Shown here in pieces: positions 57,115-64,000 of a stretch of 64,000 nt of DNA (the first letter of the stretch is position 1; each line of letters opens with the position of its first letter). This stretch comes from Thermoanaerobaculia bacterium (GTDB lineage Bacteria > Acidobacteriota > Thermoanaerobaculia > UBA5066). Below the pieces are notes generated by a model, which saw only the letters and a program-made list of their open reading frames with translations, made no database searches and was not told the origin of the DNA. Position numbers and translations under genes: made by a program. The stretch spans positions 320,001 through 384,000 of the forward strand of contig CAWFJJ010000001.1 of assembly GCA_963816185.1 (NCBI GenBank). Reading direction: 5' to 3'.

Positions 57115-59928
57115 TCAGGGTGCAGGGATGCTCGCCTCGACGAATGCGCCGTCGCCGCTCCGCTGGCCGGGCTCGGCGCCGTCGTTGAGGACCGCATAGG
57201 CGAGGAAGGGATTGTCCCCTGAGATCCTGGTGACGAGGGCGTAGCCGCTGCTCGTGCCGGGGGCGTAAATCGCGAGGATGCGGTCGATCTGGACGAAGCC
57301 CTTCGCGGGGACGGTCGCCACGAGGGAGCCGGTTTTCGCGCCGGTAGCTCCGTCGAAGAGGTCGATGCGGAAGTTGGAAGACGAGGCATCGGCGGAGCCG
57401 GTATTGACGAGGGCGAGATTGGAGCGCGTCTCGGCATTCTGCTGGAGGCCGAAGAGCCAGGCGGTCGTCGTGGCTTCGGATCCGCTCGGCACCGCGGGCA
57501 GGAAGACGCCGTAGCGACCTCCCGTCGAGGCGGACGTGATGCGCGCCGCGATCGAGACGCCTCGCAGGTCACCGGAGTCGTCCGAAGCGAAGAGGGCGCC
57601 GGCGAACGACTCGCCGGGCGGGTCTATGACGACGTCACGATCGCGCAAGAACTGGACGAAGGCCGGAAGGATCTGCTGCTCGCCGGGGAGGAGAGAGATC
57701 GAGAAGGTCGCCTGTCCTCCCGAAAGAGAAGGAGAAACCCAGGTGAAGCGCAGCGTACGCGGTGAGGAAGAGAAATTCGTGAGGATGAGCTCGGTCGAAT
57801 ACGCCGAGGTTTCGACGAGAGCCGGCAGCGTCATCGAGGTGATCGGCAAGGCCGGGCTCGCCGCGACGGGCCCGACGAAGGAGCCATCGGACGTCGACTG
57901 ATCGTTGACGACGGCGTAGGCATAGAAAGGAGCCGTGCCGGACAGCCGTTCGACCTTCACGTAACCGTTGGAGAGCGAGAGGCCGTTCGAGACGAGGATG
58001 CCGGATATCTGCGCGAAGCCGCCGGGACGGAGCGGGACGTCGGGTAGCGTCTTTGACACGGAATTTGCCGGATCGCCGGAGAAGACGGTCAGGCGCAGCG
58101 TGATATCCCCGTCACCCGAGGAGCCCGCGTTGAGGACGGCGACGTTGGAGCGATCGGTCGAGTTCTGGCGCAGGCCGCAGAGGAAGACGGGGGAAGTCAG
58201 AAGTCTCGACGTCGGGATTCCGGCGTAAGCCAGGCCGGCGCGGCCGTTGGGCACGGCCGTGGTCGTGCGGACGGTGGCAGAGGCGGCGTCGGGGGACGAG
58301 AGGCCCGTGAAGGAGATTTGCAGCGTCCCGCCGCCCCCGGGAGACGTGAGACCGAGGCCCCCGAGGTACGCGATCACGTCGGGGATCACGTGTTGCCGGC
58401 CCGCGGGCAGAGCGTCCGTGGCCGAGCCTGCCGTCCCGCCGAAGGCCGGCGTATAGGCATAGGAGATCTGGGCATCGGTCGTGCCGCGGTTTGTGAGCGT
58501 GAGCTCGGACGTGAAGGCAGACCCGCCGAGACCGGCGGACGAGAGGACGATCGGGACGGTCAGCGTCGAGGTCGGCGCCGCCCCTTCCGCGACGAATTCG
58601 TAGTGTGAGGTTGTCAGCGTGCCGGTGACGTAGAGCCCCGCGTACACGTCTCTCTGCGTGTGGATGTGCGTGGAATCGACGTCGTCGTAGCGCCAGCCGT
58701 TGAAGCTGAAACTTCTGAGGGTCAAGTCCACGGAGAGGAATGGACAAGGTGGAGTCGGAAATTCCGTCGGCGGCTTAACGAGGTCTCCGAAGTCGCCGAC
58801 GCAGACGTCTGCGGCGACTTCATGTGGGGAGTACGCCTTGAGGTAGGAGGTCAGTTGGACGTCGTGAACGCCGCCAGGCAGACCGGCGTCAGTAACCGGC
58901 CGGGCGGACGTCGAAAGGAGAGTTGGGCCCGTTACCGGAACGGCGCGGTGGGCAGCTTCCGCGACGGCCTGTCTCGCGTCTTCGAAGGCCGACTGAACGT
59001 CGCCGTCGGAGTCGGGGGCGATGGTCGCGTTGAGAGTGACGTCGAAGACGAGGGGGCCGCCCGAGAGGCGTCCCGTGATCCGCGTCGACCACGCGTTTGT
59101 GCCGAGCGACAGCGTCGAGTCGTGCAGGACGGTGTGATGCGATGTTGACGTGCACTCGTAGTGGTTGTCGATTCCCTGGGCTCCAAAAATTATTCGCTCG
59201 AACGTGCAAGGCGGGCTCAGCCGGGCAACGACCTCGTAGTGCGACGTCGTGAGATTTCCTGTTACGAGGAGTGTGGAATAGGTGTCGGTCTGCGCGTGCG
59301 CGTGCGTGTCGTCGAGGCGGTCGGCTACCGGCGGAACGACCGAGTTGTCGGCGGCGCGCAGCTCGACCTTCCACGCGCCCGGCCCACAGCCTGGAGCCTC
59401 GGGAAGGGGAGGCGGCGGCTGGGCGAGGTCGCCGAGGTCCCCGACGCAGACGACCCGCGACGTACCCGAAGACGACTCGGAGATCTGCGTGACGAGAATC
59501 GTCGTATTCGCGACATTCGAGACAGGCTCGGACTTCACGGCGGCGATGGAGGACGACACGAGCGCCGGGCTCGACACGTCGTAACCCGTACCCGCCACGC
59601 TCAGCCTCGCGTTCGCGAGGACCGCCTGGACCGCCGGGTCGTCGGGAGGCGTGGACGGCGAGAGAGGTGCCAACAAGGAGTCGACGGTCACGTCGAAGAC
59701 ATCCGGGCTCCCCTCGCGGTGGGCCGTGATCCGCGTGCGCCAGGCGTTGACGGCGAGGTGCGTCCCGTCTACCCCCTTGGCCGTATGGCTCGAGGTCGAC
59801 CGGCAGGAGTATCGGAGTCCGGTGAACGGCGTGTTCGGCTGCTCCGAGCAAGGCGAGAATTGGGCCAGGGCCTGCTCATTCAGGACGCAGAGAGCAGCCC
59901 CCAGAAGCGCGCCGCTCAACCACCGCAT
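57115..59928 (-). CDS. Large secreted protein: two Cys/His-containing N-terminal repeats plus duplicated C-terminal domain
   Basis: Signal peptide MRWLSGALLGAALC; two ~200-aa repeats; C-terminal half homologous to that of 18834..21416. The track ORF starts at 60006. Confidence 0.75.
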   Translation of the reverse strand: MRWLSGALLGAALCVLNEQALAQFSPCSEQPNTPFTGLRYSCRSTSSHTAKGVDGTHLAVNAWRTRITAHREGSPDVFDVTVDSLLAPLSPSTPPDDPAVQAVLANARLSVAGTGYDVSSPALVSSSIAAVKSEPVSNVANTTILVTQISESSSGTSRVVCVGDLGDLAQPPPPLPEAPGCGPGAWKVELRAADNSVVPPVADRLDDTHAHAQTDTYSTLLVTGNLTTSHYEVVARLSPPCTFERIIFGAQGIDNHYECTSTSHHTVLHDSTLSLGTNAWSTRITGRLSGGPLVFDVTLNATIAPDSDGDVQSAFEDARQAVAEAAHRAVPVTGPTLLSTSARPVTDAGLPGGVHDVQLTSYLKAYSPHEVAADVCVGDFGDLVKPPTEFPTPPCPFLSVDLTLRSFSFNGWRYDDVDSTHIHTQRDVYAGLYVTGTLTTSHYEFVAEGAAPTSTLTVPIVLSSAGLGGSAFTSELTLTNRGTTDAQISYAYTPAFGGTAGSATDALPAGRQHVIPDVIAYLGGLGLTSPGGGGTLQISFTGLSSPDAASATVRTTTAVPNGRAGLAYAGIPTSRLLTSPVFLCGLRQNSTDRSNVAVLNAGSSGDGDITLRLTVFSGDPANSVSKTLPDVPLRPGGFAQISGILVSNGLSLSNGYVKVERLSGTAPFYAYAVVNDQSTSDGSFVGPVAASPALPITSMTLPALVETSAYSTELILTNFSSSPRTLRFTWVSPSLSGGQATFSISLLPGEQQILPAFVQFLRDRDVVIDPPGESFAGALFASDDSGDLRGVSIAARITSASTGGRYGVFLPAVPSGSEATTTAWLFGLQQNAETRSNLALVNTGSADASSSNFRIDLFDGATGAKTGSLVATVPAKGFVQIDRILAIYAPGTSSGYALVTRISGDNPFLAYAVLNDGAEPGQRSGDGAFVEASIPAP

Positions 59929-60047
59929 GCTTGAGAGTGAACGCTGGGACGGCGAACTCACGGTCACGGCCTGCGAACCCCGAGGAAACTGGTGCAGATG
60001 CATCACTTCACCGACGCAGGCCAGCTGTCGACCTCTACTCCCTCGGA

Positions 60048-60428
60048 TCAGCGCTTCTTCTTGGAAAGAAACGCGACGCCGGGGAGGCCTTCGAGATCCG
60101 CATCGGTCGTCACGAGCTCGGCGTCATGCGCCCGCGCGGTCGCGTAGACGATTGCGTCCGCCATCGCGAGCGAGTTCTCGAGGCTCGTGTCCGCGGCCTC
60201 GAGAGCGAGAGTCTCGCTCAGGGGCACGACGTTCGTCCGGAGCATCTGGGCGACGGCCAGGAGCGCATCCTCTTCGGACGCGTCGCGCTTGAGAACCTTG
60301 TAGACCTCGTAGATCGCGATCGTCGGCGTCACGATCTCCTCGGGATCGGCCAGCAGGCGGGCCACGCGATCGGCGTGCGGGCCGCCGCGAAAGACCTCGA
60401 GCCAGCCCGACGAGTCGATCAGCCTCAG
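60048..60428 (-). CDS. vapC: PIN-domain toxin (VapC family)
   Basis: RLIDSSGWLE, PTIAIYEV, LAMADAIVYATA, LVTTDADL; the frame extends to CTG 60428, overlapping the antitoxin stop. Confidence 0.9.
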   Translation of the reverse strand: MRLIDSSGWLEVFRGGPHADRVARLLADPEEIVTPTIAIYEVYKVLKRDASEEDALLAVAQMLRTNVVPLSETLALEAADTSLENSLAMADAIVYATARAHDAELVTTDADLEGLPGVAFLSKKKR

Positions 60429-60634
60429 AAGCGATCCCGCTTCTCGCGGAATCTCGTCGACCGCGTGCTCCGGGCGAAGCCCTTTAGCTCCGAGAGCGGC
60501 CGCTCCGGCACGAGTGAGATGACGCCGCCCTTGCTGACGACCTGGAACGTCTGCCCCTTTCGAAGGCCCGTTTCCTCGCGGATGTCCTTCGGAATCACGA
60601 CCTGGAACTTCGTCGAGACGACGGTGCGAGCCAC
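60425..60634 (-). CDS. vapB: AbrB/MazE-family antitoxin (VapB)
   Basis: VSTKFQVVIPKDIREETGLRKGQ; directly upstream of the PIN toxin. Confidence 0.9.
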   Translation of the reverse strand: MARTVVSTKFQVVIPKDIREETGLRKGQTFQVVSKGGVISLVPERPLSELKGFARSTRSTRFREKRDRF

Positions 60635-60640
60635 GAGAGG

Positions 60641-60669
60641 ATTGTAATACGTAGTTTGTATCGACTCAA
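60641..60669 (-). promoter_or_regulatory. Sigma70 promoter of vapBC: TTGAGT-N17-TACAAT, probably leaderless
   Basis: -35 at 60669-64, -10 at 60646-41, GTG start 6 nt downstream. Confidence 0.7.
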
Positions 60670-60684
60670 GTTTCGTAGGTTACA

Positions 60685-63564
60685 TCACGGCGCGGGGGTG
60701 CTCGCCTCGACGAATGCGCCGTCGCCGCTACGCTGGCCGGGCTCGGCGCCGTCGTTGAGGACCGCATAGGCGAGGAAGGGATTGTTGCCGGAGATCCTGG
60801 TGACGAGGGCGTAACCGCTGTTCGTGCCGGGCGCGTAATTCGCGAGGATGCGGTCGATCTGGATGAAGCCCTTCGCGGGGACGGTCGCGACGAGGGAGCC
60901 GCTCCCGGCGCCGGTGGCTCCGTCGAAGAGGTCGATGCGATAGGTGGACGGCGAAGTGTCGGCCGAACCCGTGTTGACGAGGGCGAGATTCGAGCGCGTC
61001 TCGGTGTTCTGCTGGAGGCCGAAGAGCCAGGCCGCCGTCATAGCTTCGGATCCGCTCGGAAAGGCGGGCAGGAAGACGCCGTAGCGGCCTCCCTGAGAGG
61101 CGGACGTGATGCGGGCCGCGATCGAGACTCCTCGCAGGTCGCCGGAATCGTCCGAGGCGAAGAGGGCGCCGGCGAACGATCCGCCGGGAGGGTCCGTCAC
61201 GACGCCGCGATCGCGCAGGACCTGGACGAAGGCCGGCAGGATCTGCTGCTCGCCGGGAAGGAGCGAGATCGAAAAGCCCGCCTGTCCTCCCGCCAGCGAG
61301 GCCGCGACCCACGTGAAGCGCAGCGTACGCGGTGAGGAAGAGAAGTTCGTGAGGATGAGCTCGGTCGAATACGCCGAGGTCTCGACGAGAGCCGGCAGCG
61401 TCATCGAGGAGATCGCAGAGGCAGGGCTCGCCGCGACGGGCTCGACAAACGAGCCGTCGGAAGTCGCCTGGTCGTTGATCACGGCGTAGGCGTAAAAGGG
61501 AGCCGCGCCGGAGATCCTTTCGACCCTCACCGTGCCGTTGGAGAGCGAGAGGCCGTTCGAGACGAGGATGCCGGAGATCTGCGTGAAGCCGCCGGGGGAG
61601 AGCGTGACGTCGGGAATCGTCTGCGACAGAGGGCTCGCCGAATCGCCGGAGAAGACGGTCAGGCGCAGCGTGATGTCGCCGTCGCCCGAGGCGCCAGCAT
61701 TGAGGACGGCGACGTTGGAGCGGTCGGTCGAGTTCTGGCGCAGGCCGCAGAGATAGACCGGGGAATTCAGGAGCTTCGACGGCGGGAGTCCCGCGTAGGC
61801 CAGGCCCGCACGGCCGTCGGGCACGGCGGTGGTCGTGCGGACGGTGGCGGACGCGGCGTCGGGGGACGAGAGGCCCGAGAAGGTGACTTGCAGCGTCCCG
61901 CCGCTACCAGGAGTCGTGAGGCCGAGGCTCTGGAGGTACGCGATCGCATCGGGAATGACGCGCTGCCGGCCCGCAGGCAGCGCGTCCGTGGCCGAGCCTG
62001 CAGTCCCGCCGAAGGCCGGCGTGTAGACATAGGAGATCTGCGCATCGGTCGAGCCGCGGTTCGCCAGCGTCAGCTCGGACGTGAAGGCCGACCCGCCGAG
62101 ACCGGCGGGCGAGAGGACGATCGGGACGGTCAGCGTCGATGTTGGAGCCGTCCCTTCCGCGACGAATTCCCAGTGCGAGGTCGTCAGCGTGCCGGTGACG
62201 TAGAGGCCCGCGTAGATGTCCTTCTGCGTGTGGACGTGCGTGGAGACGACGTCATCGAAGGAAAGTCGGCCCAAAGCTGTCGTCAGGAATGAGGGTCAGA
62301 AGGTGAGAGCGAAGGAACCGGATGGACACAGGCGGAGTTGCGGCAAGGCCGTCGGCGGCTGAACGAGGTCTCCGAAGTCGCCGACACAGACCTGCGTAGT
62401 TCACGAAGGAGAAGGAGTTCGCATGAGAGGAGGAGGTCAGTTGGACGACGCGCGCCGCTCCGGGCAGATAGGCGTCAGTGACCGGCCGGGCGGACGACGA
62501 AAGAAGCAGACGGGCCCGTCACCGGGACTGCGCGTGCGCAGCTTCCGCGACGGCCCGTCGCGCGTCCTCGAAGGCCGACTGAACGTCGCCGTCGGAGTCG
62601 GGGGCGATGGTCGCGTTGAGCGTGACGTCGAAGACCGGGGGGCCGCCCGAGAGGCGTCCCGTGATCCGCGTCGACCACGCGTTTGTGGCCGAGCGACAGC
62701 GTCGAGTCGTGCTGGACGGTGTGATGCGATGTCGACGTGCACTCGTAGTGGGTCCCGAAGATGTGTAAATTGCCCATGGGGGTTGCCGTCCGGCTGAACA
62801 GGTCTGTCGGCAGGCTCGGCCGGGCGACGACCTCGTAGTGCGACGTCGTGAGATTGCCTGTCACGAGGAGCGTGGAATAGGTGTCGGTCTGCGCGTGCGC
62901 GTGCGTGTCGTCGAGCCGGTCGGCTACCGGCGGAACGACCGAGCTGTCGGCGGCGCGTAGCTCGACCTTCCATGCGCCCGGCGCGCAGCCGGGAACCTCG
63001 GGTAGGGGCGGCGGCGGCTGGGCGAGGTCGCCGAGGTCCCCGACGCAGACGACCCGCGACGTACCCGAGGACGACTCGGAGATCTGCGTGACGAGAGTCG
63101 TCGTATTCGCGACATTCGAGACAGGCTCGGACTTCACGGCGGCGACGGAGGACGACACGAGCGCCGGGCTCGACACGTCGTAGCCTGTCCCGGCCACGCT
63201 CAGCCTCGCGTTCGCGAGGACCGCCTGGACCGCCGGGTCGTCGGGAGGCGTGGACGGCGAGAGAGGCGCCGACAAGGAGTCGACGGTCACGTCGAAGACA
63301 TCCGGGCTTCCCTCGCGGCGGGCCGTGATCCGCGTGCGCCAGGCGTCGACGGCGAGGTGCGTCCCGTCCAGCGCCCTTGGCCGTATGGCTCGACGTCGAC
63401 CGGCAGGAGTATCGGAGCCCGGCGAAGGGCGTGTTCGGCTGTTCCGAGCAAGGCGAGAACTGAGCCAGGGCCTGCCCGCCCAGGACGCAGAGGGCAGCCG
63501 CCAGAAGCGCGGCGCCGCTCGCCAGTTTCACATTTGGGAGTGCGCCCCGGTGAGGCCACCTCAC
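60685..63564 (-). CDS. Paralog of 57115..59928, broken by several frameshifts (62280-62760, ~63370)
   Basis: Long near-identical DNA stretches to the neighbouring copy; pieces fall in track ORFs 62437..63564, 62475..63290 and 60685..62274. Could be a pseudogene or an assembly error. Confidence 0.65.
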
Positions 63565-63594
63565 GGGAACGGAGCCGCGCTCATCGCCTCCGCG

Positions 63595-64000
63595 TCAGCC
63601 GGCCGCCCCCTCCGTGAAGCGCTGGCGAATCGACTCGACCTCGGAGGCCTGGCTTTCGAAAGCCACGACGCACGCCGGGTCGAACTTCGTGCCCTTTTGC
63701 TCCCAGAGGAAGCCGAAGGCCTCGTTTTGGCTCCAGATCTCCTTGTAAGGCCGGTCGCTCGTCAGCGCGTCGAAGACGTCCGCGACGGCGACGATCCGGG
63801 CCTCGAGGGGGATCTCTCCGGCCTTCAGGCCGTCCGGGTATCCGGAGCCATCCAGAGCCTCGTGGTGAGAGCCCACGATGTTGCGCAGCATCCTGACGTG
63901 TGCAGAGCCGCCGAGATCGAAGTCCCGGATCAGCTCTTCCACGACGGCGACTCCGGACTTCACGTGCCCCTTCATGATCTCGAACTCCGCCGGCGCGAGG
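63595..64000 (-). CDS. HD-GYP phosphodiesterase domain protein (truncated by window end)
   Basis: HHEALDGSGYPDGL, ARIVAVADVFDALTSDRPYK, FDP. Confidence 0.92.
   Translation of the reverse strand, partial: LAPAEFEIMKGHVKSGVAVVEELIRDFDLGGSAHVRMLRNIVGSHHEALDGSGYPDGLKAGEIPLEARIVAVADVFDALTSDRPYKEIWSQNEAFGFLWEQKGTKFDPACVVAFESQASEVESIRQRFTEGAAG

Noticed and set aside
57115-63564. Possible diversity-generating retroelement (template/variable repeats)
   Set aside because: No reverse transcriptase in the window; differences are not adenine-specific and span whole-gene paralogs.
93-63975. Numerous long overlapping or antisense ORFs in the track (e.g. 93..1796, 12081..14495, 29908..31911, 53347..55302)
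   Set aside because: Arg/Gly/Pro-rich shadow frames expected at high GC; each overlaps a gene with clear family motifs.
1-64000. tRNA, rRNA, CRISPR array, riboswitch, integrase or transposase
   Set aside because: No recognisable signatures by eye and intergenic spaces are short; an Infernal/Rfam scan would be needed to exclude small RNAs.

Overview
GC-rich bacterial chromosome segment. Gene content suggests Acidobacteriota, possibly Thermoanaerobaculia; this is an inference. It has about 55 genes and I found no rRNA, tRNA, CRISPR array, transposase or phage. In order it holds the 3' part of gltB, peptidoglycan-related enzymes (NamZ fusion, NagZ, LysA, later an S66 LD-carboxypeptidase), a beta-propeller HK/NarL two-component system next to a CSLREA/IPTL-CTERM protein, a 16-kb metal-homeostasis island (21.4-37.4 kb), an ECF sigma/anti-sigma/DUF4097 module, a FabF-like KS + methyltransferase + flavoprotein cluster, moeA, and a tandem pair of large secreted proteins separated by vapBC. 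The main finding is in the metal island. Four operons each start with a small leader ORF carrying a signal-like N-terminus, a His/Cys cluster and a C-terminal RAPP/RSPP/PPP ribosome-arrest-type motif. Three of these are paralogs with a near-invariant His5-6/CxxC core and an exactly 42-residue spacer to RxPP. Downstream of three of the four leaders I can trace base-pairing that would bury the next gene's Shine-Dalgarno unless a ribosome stalls at the motif. This suggests a metal-sensing translational-attenuation regulon, whose targets include an unusual DUF318 permease-HflK fusion with its own HflC/HflK partners. Several genes at 42.7-53.2 kb and 62.3-63.4 kb carry frameshifts that look like assembly indels. 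All family assignments are from motif recognition by eye, not database searches.
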